A DNA stretch of 63,796 nt, counting the filler, from Reticulomyxa filosa (lineage: Eukaryota > Protista > Foraminifera), in the NCBI GenBank assembly GCA_000512085.1. It is 19 parts of 19 records of this genome, joined end to end, with 100 filler letters (N's around TTAATTAATTAA, not from the genome) between each part and the next. Parts side by side here need not be neighbours in the genome. Positions count along the whole stretch, not along the records: positions 1 to 3,967 come from ASPP01008979.1; positions 4,068 to 6,897 come from ASPP01044306.1; positions 6,998 to 12,331 come from ASPP01024032.1; positions 12,432 to 14,388 come from ASPP01022490.1; 15 more parts are not named here. One strand, 5' to 3'. Of this stretch, positions 1 through 12,817 are shown in pieces. A program made the position numbers and the translations under genes. The notes under the pieces were generated by a model, which saw only the letters and a list, made by a program, of their open reading frames with translations, had not been told where the DNA came from and searched no databases. How positions within the stretch are numbered: position 1 is the stretch's first letter; each line of letters starts with the position of its first letter.

Positions 1-21
1 TTTTTTTTTTTTTTTTTTTTT

Positions 22-400
22 CTCCTCACTTTCGGCAGTTTCTCCGTCCGTGTCAGTAATGAGTAATTGATATTCCCCATCTCGATACTCCACGTTCCTC
101 TTTTTTGCAACGACACGCAACACGTCTTCGACGGTGGATTCGGGTGTAATTGGGACTACTGTCCATTGACTTGTTGTTGCTCGCGCAGAATTCGAACGAC
201 GGATTATTTCACTATTCAACATACTCGCACTTCCTGAACCTGAGTTCGGTGTACTCGCGGCGCTTAACGTCTGGTTTTGGCTACCTCCACTACCTACTTG
301 CACGGGGCTGGATGTATTTACATATGAACTTGGCAGTGTTGTCGATCGATCCAAACCATCTTCCTCACTTTCTTCTATGAACACTTTCAACAGGTTCGAA
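22..400 (-). CDS. Partial exon, Ras-association/ubiquitin-like (beta-grasp) domain protein; not in the ORF track
   Basis: Open minus frame NLLKVFIEE...(Ser/Gly-rich insert)...QWTVVPITPESTVEDVLRVVAKKRNVEYRDGEYQLLITD, resembling the RA/RBD pattern. It runs toward the window edge. Confidence 0.5.
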
Positions 401-931
401 CCCTTTTTTTTTTTTTAAAATTACAATTTGATTGGTAATGTTTAATACTTTATTTTTTAAAGGCAAATACGACGAACAGAAGCTTTCACAAATAAAAAAG
501 GTAGTTACAGGTTACTCACTGTGACTTGCATTCCACTTGCTGTTCTGGTGATGAAGCCTGATTTAAAAAAAAAAATTCACTGCTTCATGACCCTTTCTTC
601 TCTTTGCTCTCCTTTGGAGTAGTCCACACATAATATATATCTTATTCTTAAATTGTGTGCCGGTAGTACATACAAATAACTCGTTCTTGTGTCTGTTTAT
701 ACTCTTTAAAATGACACTTTTTTTTTTTGGATACAATAATTCTTCAAGCGTGATCTAAAGGGCATAAATTTACCTTTTTTCAAGACTCTAAACCTCACTC
801 AAAACAAAAATTGTATTAAAACCTAAAGCGTGCATGTTTTTTGTTCGTTGCGTGCAAGGGGAAAGTTTGTGGGAATAAATTAATAATACCACTGCTATTA
901 ATACAAGAATACTAACAATAATAATAAAATA

Positions 932-2023
932 ATGGCCGAAATGAAAGAAGAGTCGAATAATACAAATGAAGTTTTGAGTGAGAAAAAAGAAGAGAAAGAA
1001 GAGACGACAAAACCAGCCAAGCAGCCAACGAAAGAAGAGCAATTGGCACAACGGATGATTGCGCTGGCGTTGGATATAGATCCGTCAGTGAAATGGCAAT
1101 CATCATCCGCGGACGACAGCATGACAATAGACTATGCATATGTGCCGCCTGTGGAGGGAAGTAATGCAACAAGCGATGCATCTTCACTGGCAACAGTGCG
1201 AGCAAGCACAGTGATTCGAGACTTTGAGCCGAAGGATTTTTATGAATTCTGTGCGTGGAGCAAAGAGGACGAATATGAATTCTATAAGAACAACGACACC
1301 ATGTGTGAAGAAATGGTGCCTTTTAAAGTTATCAACGAAGACAAGTCCATTGTCTACGCCAGGTAAATTTTTTTTTTTAAAAAAAAAAAAAAATAAATCT
1401 CTTACGTAGAAGAGGGGGCCCTGTCATTTCAATCAACTTTTTTTAAAATTAAAAAAAAAAAAATACGTATACTAAAAAAAGGTTCAATGCAGGTGGCGGA
1501 ATTACATCATGGCTGGTATGGAACAGAGATTTTTGCTATTCCAAACAGAGATTATTTTATTCGGATTTGGTTGTTGACAGGTTTTTATTTGTGTGTGTGT
1601 GTTTTTTTTTTTTGGGATCCTTTTCATATCTTTTTTTTTGTTGTTATTGTATGCTTAAAAAGTTTACCAAATGGCACAAAATTGAAACAACCAATAAAAT
1701 TGAACCAAGTCGCGCTAATTTTGTGCACAAGTCTGGACGAAACGGATCCGCTGTGCAGACCTGCTGCAACAAGCCATGTCCGTGGTGAAATGAAATATGC
1801 AGGGTACTGCTTTTCAAGGAAAAGAAACTGACAAAGACTGCAGATTTGTGTACGTGGTCAATATTGATCCGAAAGGATGGCTGCCGGCAAAAGTTGTTGA
1901 TATTGCCGCGCCTGGACAAGCCAATGTCGCATTGCAAGTCAAAAAAATATCTCAGTCGTTCGGTCTATTTTGCGAAAGAGAAGAGAGTTAGCTGCTCAAC
2001 AAGAAGAAAAAAATGAAGCTTAG
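932..2023 (+). CDS. START (StAR-related lipid transfer) domain protein, 3 exons
   Basis: Exons about 932-1362, 1482-1580 and 1663-2023 with GT-AG introns. START motifs: VWNRDFCY, HVRGEMKYAGY, FVYVVNIDPKGWLPAKVVD. Needs 1-nt corrections in homopolymers at about 1811-1814 and 1941-1947. Confidence 0.8.
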
Positions 2024-2672
2024 AATGTAAATATCATTGAAAGACAAAAAAAAAAGATACAATTTTTTAAATAATGGATGTCATTATACAAAATTAATGC
2101 TAATCGAATGTCTATTTACTCGTATGTTTATTTTTAAAAAAATTGTAACTTTCTCCATTTTTGGGATCTTTTACTTTAAGGAATCGATCATTAACTCTAC
2201 ATAAAATAAGAAACTATTTTTCTTGTTTATACTTTTGTCGTAATTACGTTTTGCATCTTGATTTAAATGTAATCGCTCTTACCTTCAAACGGTCAAAACA
2301 TACTTTTATCAACGCGCATATTAGCATAAATCAAATCCCAACGAATCAATACCATGGAATACAACAAATTCTTGTTTGCTGCTGCAATATACACTTAAAA
2401 TAAATTCTAAATTTTGTAGTTGCTACTTTTGACAAATTTGTAACATTCAAGTTTAGCTTTAAAATTGTCTCAAACAAGAACAAATAAATTGTGAAAAAAC
2501 AACAAAAGAAACGATATTTGTGAATTTTTTTGAAGATGTCAAGAAACAAACATACACAATGTTGTTGATTGCGTCTTTGTGATAAAAAAAAAAAGCAAAC
2601 AATAAAAAAGTCAATTTGAAAGAATTCTTAAACAAAAACGAGTATGAGCTATGTATTTGAAAAAAGTAAATA

Positions 2673-3940
2673 TTACTGTTTAACAAAAGGTATTAAAGAG
2701 CATGCAAAAGAATAATTTTTTGTTTTGTCTTTGGCATCAACATAAGCGTTGATATTATCAACCACGCTGTGACTGTGTTGGAACAATTGCATTTCCATGT
2801 TTGATTGGTTATATGATGGATTGGAGTGATTGAGTTGATGTACAGGAAAATTATCGATGTCATCGATCTCAAAATCACTTCCATTGTCATCATTTGTGAT
2901 TGAAGGACATTTAACTGTACAAAAATGGTATATCATATGTCAAAATATTTAATTTTTTTGCATATAAATAAAAAATGCAAACGCACAAAGTAATAGATAT
3001 ATGCTATCATCGAAAATCAATTCAGGAAAATTCCATTTAGATTTCAAATCACGTCTTGTGAAATCAACAGCTTTTCTCATTTCAGGTCGAACCCATAAAC
3101 GAGTAAACGATGAAGAATATACATTATTGTATCCAACACCAGATAATGCTCGTAAAACAGAATCAAAGCCTTCTGCTAAATAAGAGGTTGTATAACCTCC
3201 TTCGGTAACAACGACAATCTTATTACATCTTTGTTTCAGTTCAAAACAAATTTGACCAAAAACCAATGGTGTCAATCTGGTATCAGGACCTGCAAGATCT
3301 CCCTCAACTCCATCAGTCCCAACAGCATAAAAGGCAAGTTCAGGTTGGAATTGTTCCACAATTGGCCATACAACATTTCGCAAAGCATATAACATATCGT
3401 AATCAGTAAAATCGTGATATAATGGAATGTTGATATTTGTTCCAAAGGCCTCATGTAAATGTGATGGACCGTATTCTTTACGTTTTCCAGTGCAAGGATA
3501 AAATACGCCATCATATTGATGAAAAGATACAGTTAATACAAAAGGATCGCAATAAAACAGTTTTTGTGTTCCATCTCCATGGTGAATATCTACATCTAAT
3601 ACTAATATCTTTATTTTTGAATTTATTGAATGACGCACCTGATCTATACTAACTGCAACATTGTTTATATAGCAATACCCATGGCTATTATGCCCATCGC
3701 AATGATGTCCAGGAGGACGATTTAATGTCAGTGCATACTTCTTTTTTTCTTTTTTTGAATGTTTCCGAATCACTTTACGCGTTGCTTCCATAACTAAACC
3801 AGCGCTTACACTAGCGCTTAAAAATGTGTCTTTGCATAAATATGTATCTCCATTTATCAATTCATAACTTTCATTTGTTAATGCTTCACATTTTTTGGTC
3901 CAATCCTGTTAGATAGGAGTGGTTATGCAAACCTTCTAAA
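2673..3940 (-). CDS. Zn-dependent histone deacetylase (class II/HDA1-like), 5'-partial
   Basis: ORF 2949-3860 carries RPPGHH, GYCYINNVA, LDVDIHHGDGTQ, SFHQY, NINIPL, GTDGVEGD and EGGY. The upstream part (IEDLEGLHNHSYL) joins via a homopolymer frameshift near 3891-3897. A probable last exon lies within 2673-2936. Confidence 0.88.
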
Positions 3941-3967
3941 TCTTCAATCTATGTCATAATATATGCA

Positions 3968-4067
3968 NNNNNNNNNNNNNNNNNNNNNNNNNNNNNNNNN
4001 NNNNNNNNNNNTTAATTAATTAANNNNNNNNNNNNNNNNNNNNNNNNNNNNNNNNNNNNNNNNNNNN
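3968..4067. other. Artificial contig-joining spacer (first of 18)
   Basis: 44 N + TTAATTAATTAA (stops in all six frames) + 44 N. Identical spacers start at 3968, 6898, 12332, 14389, 18312, 19579, 26956, 40865, 42205, 43586, 44862, 46704, 48664, 50974, 55813, 57057, 59188 and 62087. Confidence 0.98.
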
Positions 4068-4678
4068 TCAATGGACATGAAGGTTGTGTCTTGTGTGTGG
4101 ATATTTCATCACTGCAAAGTAATAACAATAATAAGAATAATATTAATGTGATTAATGGTAATGGATATAATATTTGTTCTGGATCAGCAGATAAAAGTAT
4201 TTGTATATGGGATATTGAAACAACCAAACAATCTATTATATTTAAAGGACATGAAAATTATGTGAGAAGTGTAAAATATGGATCAAATGAATTAGGAAAT
4301 ACAATATTATCTGGATCAATGGATAAAAGTATTCGTTTATGGGATATTCGATCTGGTCAACAGATTCAAATTTTTAATGGACACAAAGGTTATGTATGGT
4401 CTGTTGAATATTCACCATTTATAGTAAAAAATATCGAAATTGGTGGTATTTCAAATGTAATATGTTCTGGATCAAGTGATAATACAATTCGTTTTTGGGA
4501 TATTCGATCAAATAAAAAAGAATTGTATGTAATTAATGGAAATAACAAAGAAGATGACGGAATAATATGTTTTAAATTTTTACAATTAAAAAAGAATATG
4601 AAAAATATTGATTGTTGTAATTGTAGTATTAATCTATGTTACGGTTCATTTGAAGGTCCTATTCGTATTTGGGGCTAG
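4068..4678 (+). CDS. WD40-repeat protein of the expanded family, 5'-truncated at the segment edge
   Basis: GH...WD repeats (SGSADKSICIWD, SGSMDKSIRLWD, SGSSDNTIRFWD) and the family C-terminus LCYGSxxGPIRIWG. Confidence 0.9.
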
Positions 4679-4818
4679 TATCATTTATTTTCAATAAAAA
4701 TGAATTCACTAATCAATAGAAATTACATATTACAATTTAATGCAATAAGAAACAAACATTAAGTTTGTTATGAGAGACAAAGTTAAAAAAAAAAATGGAT
4801 GAAGTATTTATTTTATTT

Positions 4819-5755
4819 TCAATATACGTGTATGTTTTCCCTGCCAGTCTTCAAATCTTTAATTTTTGGCAAATAAATATTGATGATACTGCCCAAATCT
4901 TTTCCAAAAAGCTCCATCAGTAATTTATCTTGTATAAGTAAATTGTTTATCAAATTATATCTTTTCTTAATGTTAGATAATGAAATCAATCCAAACGATG
5001 CATACATACCATGATTGATGTGCCTTAATTAGTATAAAACAAATTTAAAAAATTAAATTATTTCTTTATATAGAGCACAAAAAAAAAAAAAATTTTAACC
5101 ATAGAAGATAATTGATTCGGATGACAAGAATTAGGAATAGAAAACAAAGACAGAGCAAGCATGTATACGCACATGTCATAATAATTTGCAATGTTCCAAT
5201 GTGTGACCACAAATTAAAGTAATAAATATAGATAACAAAAATAGCAGAGAAAAAAATAATTAAAAAGTGAGATAACAGATAAATAGGACCAAATACAAAT
5301 GTTACTCCAAACACACCAATAACAGCAAGTAATTGAATTAATATAATATGAAATTGACATTTTATCTCATCTTTTTTTTTCATCCATATTTGTAAATAAT
5401 AAAAATATGGAATTATCAAAGAAAATGGAAGAATTTTTATACACCACACAGCTTGGTACGATCTTGAATACTTTTTTGTACATGACACACAATATGCCAC
5501 TTGAGTAAATAGAAATATCGATAAACTTAGATAATAAAATATAAATTTTCCTTTATCATAATAGTCCGTTAACATATATAAATTGATTGTAAAACCCAAT
5601 ATATTTAATAGCACATTCACAACGTTATATATTGAATTCCATATTATATCTTGTTTGTTTTGTTTTGGTCCACAGTGATTAGCTAAAAACACTACTTTAG
5701 TTTTTTTTTTATACATTTTTTTACCTTGTAAAGAGTTTTGACTGACGTATGGCAT
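4819..5755 (-). CDS. Multi-pass membrane protein, weakly XK-related; possibly degenerate
   Basis: 229-aa ORF 5066-5755 with several hydrophobic segments and a LTDYYDKGKFIFYYLSL motif. Possible further exon at 4819-5007. Confidence 0.35.
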
Positions 5756-6173
5756 CTTTTTACTTGATAATGACTATTTCGGAGTCACTTCCCTTTTTTT
5801 TTTTTTTGTTCGTAAGAGGAAAAAGTCTTCTTCGTGCAAAATTGCAATGAAAACAGAAAATAATATTTTTTTTTAAAAAAAATTTTTTGACAAGACGTTT
5901 TTGATTTAAAACATTTTTTCACATTGGATTCGAATATTAGAATCTGCTAAACCAACTATGCGAATGATTAATATTAAAATCCGATGTTCTCTTCTTTTCA
6001 TAATTAATAAGATAAGTATAATAATAACAATCAAATTTGTCAATGACATTAGTGTTAAAGTTTTTGTTTTTCATCTTTTTAAAAATGTTAATATTCTTTG
6101 ATGATGAAAAATGTTTACTTTTTTTTAAAAAAAAAAATTTCATTAGGCTCTTTTATGCAGGAAGATACAGGTT

Positions 6174-6897
6174 TTCCCCAAACACGAATAAAACCTTTAA
6201 CTGAACCGTAACATAAGTTAATACTATTTGTTTTTTTTTTTTGTCTTTTAATGATGTAAATTTAAACAATCTTCTCGATTATCTCCATTGATCACATACA
6301 ATTCTTTTTTATTTAATTGAACATCCCAAAAACTAATTGTGTTATCCCATGGTGAATATTCAACACAAGTTACACAATCTGTATGTCCATTAAATATTTG
6401 GATTTGTTGGCCAGATCGAATATCCCACAAACGAACACTTTTATCTCTTGGTCCAGATAATATTGTATTTATTAATTCATTTAATCCATATTTTACAATC
6501 CTAATCCAATATTTATGTCTTTGAAATACAAGCAATTGTTTAGTTATTTCAATATCCCATACTCGAATAGTATTATCCCATGATCCAGAACAAATTGTAT
6601 ATCCATTACCACCAACAACACCAATAGTATTACTTTTATTATCATTGTTATTATTGCTTTGTAATGGCGAAATATCCACACACCAAACACATTCTTCATG
6701 TCCATTGAAAATATGTAATGTTTTGGATGTTTCAACATCCCATAAACGAATTGTTTTGTCATCAGATCCAGAACACAAATATCGACCACCATTGAATGAT
6801 AAAAATTCAATACCGTAAATGCCATCAGTATGTCCATTAAATACTTGAAATTGTTGATTATCTTTGATATCCCAAAAACGAATTGTGATATCCCACG
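6174..6897 (-). pseudogene. WD40-repeat gene copy with an internal deletion and a premature stop
   Basis: Same family as 4068-4678. Reads VEYSP-WDNTI (about 19 aa missing), then CLNLHH* before the normal LCYGSVKGFIRVWG end near 6176-6225. Confidence 0.7.
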
Positions 6898-6997
6898 NNN
6901 NNNNNNNNNNNNNNNNNNNNNNNNNNNNNNNNNNNNNNNNNTTAATTAATTAANNNNNNNNNNNNNNNNNNNNNNNNNNNNNNNNNNNNNNNNNNNN

Positions 6998-7036
<39 letters not shown>

Positions 7037-7120
7037 TTATATACATGTATATACATATATATGTATACATGTGCACATATACGTATATGCATGCGATGCA
7101 TGTGCGTACATATATGTTAG

Positions 7121-7810
7121 GCTTGGATACTCAATATTTACAGCAATACTATGGTGGATTTGAAATGATGTACACTGTATATAATTTCAGTAATTTGTTT
7201 GCGACGCCATTGACCAGCAAACAATCGAATGGGACATCTAAGTTTGGCTTGCGAGACGGCACTCCAAACTATTCCACTGGATTTAGTATGCAATCGTATA
7301 TAATAAATAAAACGCCCACGCGTATTCCCGAAACAGTGTGGATGCTGTTCAATGCTGGCATCGAGTCTTGCAGTGGCGGATATCGCGTGTCAAAGCTGGG
7401 CGAACTCATCGACGTGCAAAAGGTGATGAACAATGGCACGAAGCATTTGCATTCCGAAAATCAGTTCACTGGTTGTTTCAATCAAAGTGTTGGCGATAAC
7501 GTTCCCTTGATCATGTTTCAATCGTTGGACGCTCCTTTGACCGCCTTTGTTGGATTCAATAACTCGTATGATAATTTCATTCCTTTTCCCATCCCTCTTG
7601 ATGTCGATAATGATCTTCGCTTTGGCTTTGCTTATTCCTTAGTCAATAATATTTGGGGAGTTGTTTCGTACTTTGTTTTTTTTCTTATTGCATACACACA
7701 CACAAAAAAACGTATTGCTCTTGTATTTGCCAAAGAATTATCCCTTGTGGTATCCCTTTGACCAAAGTGACGCAAATCTTACGTTCCGGTTTAATATTTT
7801 ACTCAATTAG
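7121..7810 (+). CDS. DUF5054-family (glycoside hydrolase 38-related) protein, C-terminal exons
   Basis: NKTPTRIPETVW, SKLGELID, NGTKHLH and SLDAPL. Removing intron 7663-7735 gives NNIWGVNYPLWYPF...LTFRF, the typical C-terminal signature of the family. Confidence 0.65.
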
Positions 7811-8347
7811 TCTATTTGCTCATCAAAAAAAAAAATACGCATTTTTTTCATATTTCTTTTTTTTTAAAAAATGGAAATTCGTAATTATCATTATTTCAAT
7901 ATTTTTTATTTTGTTATTGTTCAAGCAAAACTCGAATCTACCGAATGCCATTGTAAATTGCACGTCTCTTAAAGAAAAGAGCTCCTACATATTTTTGTTA
8001 GGGAAAATCCCGTTTGATATTATATTGTTCAAATTTATTGCTTGATTTCTCTTCCGCCAGAAGCTCCATACTGATGACTGGATTGTTAGTTTTCCTCTGT
8101 TTTTTTTTCTCTTTTACGTTGATATAACAGCATTTTTTTTTTTTAGCGTTGATTTCTTGAAAGAACGAAGTTGGACTGGCCAAATCGTAATCCTTGGGGC
8201 AACAATCGACGAGTTAACATAGTGTACCACTAGTTGTCTTCTTCGACACAGCGCACGTTGAAGCTTTTTTTTTTCCTTCAGAAAAACAGTGGCACTTCAT
8301 CGTAAATAAGAGCCGATTGCACACAAAAAGCGATGAGGGATAAATGA

Positions 8348-10864
8348 ATGATGAACTTGTGCTTGTGTACTAGGAGAATGAGAAATGACGATAATGGGAG
8401 TTGGATAGTGGATAGTATATGCGAGACCCTTGTATTTGATATGCTACGTCATCAGACAAAATTACAATACAAGCTCAACGTACATGAATTGCAGCAGACT
8501 ATAAGAAAAGCGATAAGAAAAAGGTATTCCCAAACGGAAGCGAGCGTAGTCGACAAAATATTACACGAATTGGACGAAGCAATGAATATTCTTGAATTTT
8601 CTAAATCTCCAGATGGATATTGGAATTCCACTCGTGATAATTTTAGTTCCAAACAATTGTGGATAGGACTCCGTAAAGTTTTAAAGAATGAATTGCAGTC
8701 CAGGTAAAAGAAAGTTATATTTATAGCTTTTTTCAATATTTTATTTTATTATGATAAAAATAAAAATAAAAAAAAAAAATAGCTACTGCTTTCCAGAAAA
8801 GATGCAGGTGAAGAATGAAAACGGGAAATGGAAAACATATAGAGCAGCGTTCAATTGGAAAAGGCGTAGACTACTACTGTTTAATGCAGCTGCAAATGAG
8901 CAAGAGAAGATAGTATTTATCTCAAAAAAATGTACAGAAATTGATCTAAAGTTCAGTACCGACTTTTCGGAACTTGAGACATCCCACAAGAAATGGCATA
9001 TTGTCACTCTAAGTCCCTCTTTCCATGTCCGATTGGATTCTTGGATGGTGTCCCACTTTCGCTTTAGCTCTTGGCTGGAGTTCCAAATCTTTTCTTTGAC
9101 TTGTGCAGTTACTGTGGAACCACCATAGACACAAAAAGGTGGAGTGCAGCAAGAAAAAGAGTCAGTGGCTCTTAAAAACTTAAATTTACTAGTTTGTTTT
9201 GTTTTCATGTGCATATTGTGAAATAAACAACAAAAAATGTTAAGCGTTTGAGCTGTTTCCAAGTGCAAATAAAATTCTTGAATTTCCTGGAAAAGCAGCT
9301 GCATCCAATGTTTCGAATAGCTGTAAATCCTTACACGGCCACTTTCGATGACACGCAAAAAAAAATCGAAGAATATTTGCGGATCATGTTTCACTCATTC
9401 GCTGGAATAGATCAAGTTCTTTATTGTTACCATCACGCAAAACGGTGTGAACCTCCAATCCCAGAATCTGTACGTGGAGATACAATTTTAAACGACGTAT
9501 ACCAAAGCGATCCAAACTATCCAAACATATGTGTAACTTGGGACGTTTCTTGTTTTTTCATGGCTCCCTACGAACGTACAGTTGAGGCGAAAGTCAAACA
9601 TAAGAAGCCTATGAACATAGACCACTATCTTTTGCAAAGTGAAGAGAAAAAAATTGATTTCAATCCATTTTTGTACATCAATGAGGTTGCAGTTATCAGA
9701 ATGATAGACGCCGAAACATTTTTGCTGTCAAATAAATTGTTTGAGGCGATGCTCAAAGAGCAAGATACAAAAATGCTAAAAGCATTGTTTCATGAAGTAA
9801 TAGCCAATGGATATGGAATGGACTTGGTTGATGATAAAAAAAGCAAATCCATCAACATAAAAGTATTGAAACAAAATATAAAATATGATGAAAACAACAA
9901 AGACCAATTGATTTTAGATGAAAATATTTTGCACATTTTGAAAATAGCAAAGGATTTGTTTCATTCTGATATTCACAAAAGCATGGGATATCCACTCCAT
10001 TTATTCCACATTTGTGCTCTTTATTTATATTGTGGAAAGGATTGTAATGTTCAATTTGGAAAAGACTTAATCAAATTCGAACATGCAAAGTGGATGCATT
10101 TGGATTGGTGTTTGCAATGTGCAATCCAAATCCTCAGCTTGCACGAAAGAAGGGAAAAAAATCAACACGTACTGTATCGAGGGCTATGTGGAGTGAGATT
10201 GAAAGACGTGAGTCAAATTCGCGAAGGTCTTTTCCATAGCTATGTAAGTACTTCGTATGATTTGAACATTGCAAAAATATTCCAAAGTAGCGAAGGGTGC
10301 ATTTTGGAATTTCATCCTTCGATGCGACGTGCGCCGTATATTTTCAGCTGCGACGTGTCGTGGATTTCTCCTCATAAAGATGAAGCCGAAATTCTGTTTG
10401 CACGCTCTATTGTGTTTATTAATGAAATAAGAGAAAATCCAAGGCGTCGTGCCTGGAACGCTTATGTGAAACATATGAATGACCGCACACAAGTGATTGC
10501 TTTACGATGGAGTGAGTTTGACTTGCAATTGGAGCCTACGATAACTCTTACTAATTTGTGTAATGTTGTGGATCACAATGTCATTTATTGCGCCTTGAGG
10601 TTTTGTGATCACAACGTTGCGGAAACTGCAGATCTGTTGTACGAGTTTGTGGAATGGAAGGACGTGCAAAAGCACGAACAAAGTTTTCAAAAACAGATTG
10701 ATCAATTTCAGAAAAATCGCTGTTGGAATAATGAGGTCAACAAGTTTTGCTTTTTTCTTACTGATTCAAGATACACGAAACAATGTCCAGTTCAATATGC
10801 ACAGAAGCTATCCATTTTTGTTGGGCTTCCGTTTATTGGAAACGAAGACTTGAGCAATTTATAG
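8348..10864 (+). CDS. Large protein with an R-S-E class mono-ADP-ribosyltransferase domain; 3 exons, one in-frame TAG at 9126
   Basis: LYRG (Arg 10178-10180), VSTS (10247-10255) and DVSWISPHKDEAEILF (E-x-E 10382-10390). Introns 8704-8782 and 9192-9244 join ORFs 8348, 8751 and 9248 in frame. Confidence 0.78.
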
Positions 10865-12497
10865 ATCTTGGTAAACAGTAATAAATGATAATTTAAACAA
10901 TAATTGCTAATTTTGCGCTAATGCATTAAATTTAAAGTTTATCACATTAAAAATTTTATACCTAATGTACTATCGGTATTTGTATTTGACAAACTGAAAG
11001 GAGCGTTGCACTATCAAAAATTCACGTGGTCTAAAACATGAGAAGACTAAAAATTCGTATTGATCAAAAAACATAAAGTTTTCCACTTAAATCTTTGAAT
11101 ATTGCTTGAATGTGACAGCCATTTACAATTATATTGATGTCAAAAATTGTTTAACTAACTAATTCAAAAAACCGACAAGTTTGTGCTTAATATATTTGCT
11201 TTGATATTCAAATGAATATACGCTGTTATTTGTCTGATGAAACAGATTATTCCTTGAACAAACATAAGTTAGATATAAACATACAATTCATTACTTTATC
11301 AAGTATATCAATCTTTTTTCTTCACATCAAAAAGTGAAAAGACATCTTTAAATAATTGCAATTGACAACAAACAACTGATCGTTGAGAAAATATTATTTT
11401 CATGGGTGCAGCATTATTATATGTTTATTTTTGCAATAAATACACAGTATTCATTAATTAACTTAACTTAACATCGTCAAAAATCATAGCAAAAAGATCT
11501 ACAAGATAGATGTTTGTTTATGATAACACTTAATTGATGTGTCGTTCAAAGAACTGACAGTCATTACAATTGAATGCTTTCATTTGTATATTATTCAATC
11601 TTAATATCACATTTATTGATTTACTTGCCAATAAATCGAAAGAAAAAGAAAGCTTTTTATCACGATGAACACAATATGCATATATTTGACATTTATATAT
11701 AGTGATAAATTTATCCAGTAGTGCGCATATCATATGTTTACATTTCGAGCTTGAAGAATATGACAATCAGTGAACTAAACAGGATTATCATGAAATGAAG
11801 AAATTGCTGTGATATTTATTAATTTTCATCAATGCATCATAAACAAAAAAATGAATTAATCGAATATATTCTTACACAATATTGTTGCAATCGCTTTGTT
11901 GTTGTAATTTCGTCTTAGTTAGTGCATTGAGTTTTATATCGAACAGTAACTGTTAAAATTTTGACTAAACGATGCAATTGTGCAAGTGCATGACTTTTGA
12001 AATAGCTGTGTCCAGCGTTTGTAACAACGAGACTGAGGGGGGGGGTTGAACTTTAAGGTTTCATGTTAAACTTGATGCTCATTTTTGAATAATATATCCT
12101 TGCATGATGTGGCTTTCATATTGATTAAAAAACGAAGAAGATGGCAACAAACGTGACTATAAAGGTTTGATGAATATGAGAATGAGGAGAGGGAAGGGAG
12201 AGGGAGATGAACAGAGAGAAAAGAAGGAGTAAGGAAAAAAAGACACATGACAATGAAAAGCAAGCAAAAAAAAGGAAGAGAAGAGGGAGAAAAAAAAAAA
12301 AAAAAAACCGACAAAAAGTTGTCAAAGAAGGNNNNNNNNNNNNNNNNNNNNNNNNNNNNNNNNNNNNNNNNNNNNTTAATTAATTAANNNNNNNNNNNNN
12401 NNNNNNNNNNNNNNNNNNNNNNNNNNNNNNNGGGGGGTCTTTTTTTTTGCAGTCGATTGTAAGTATGCTAGCTTTTTTGCAATATGCTGTAGTTTAT

Positions 12498-12611
12498 CAT
12501 TCTAATGCTGTATTAAATGCAAAATTATCACCTGATAATCAAATGATTGTATCAAGAACTCTCAAATTGGGTGAGATATATGACGACACTACAATACGAA
12601 TTTGGGGATGA
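12498..12611 (+). pseudogene. WD40 relic of a second subfamily
   Basis: HSNAVLNAKLSPDNQMIVS ... DDTTIRIWG* with a disrupted middle. Confidence 0.5.
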
Positions 12612-12817
12612 ATAAAACTTAAATTTTTGTTGCTTTGAAACCAACTCATTTGAAGTAAAACAGTGCCTTTTTAGTAATCAGAATTATAGTGCTAATGAGA
12701 AAAAGCTTTGATAAGATTATAAAGTTTCTTTTGGGTATCAAGGAACAATAAAGAAATTAAGCACTTTGCTACAATTGATTGTTAAAGATAAAAAATTATT
12801 ACATAAAAGGATTACAA

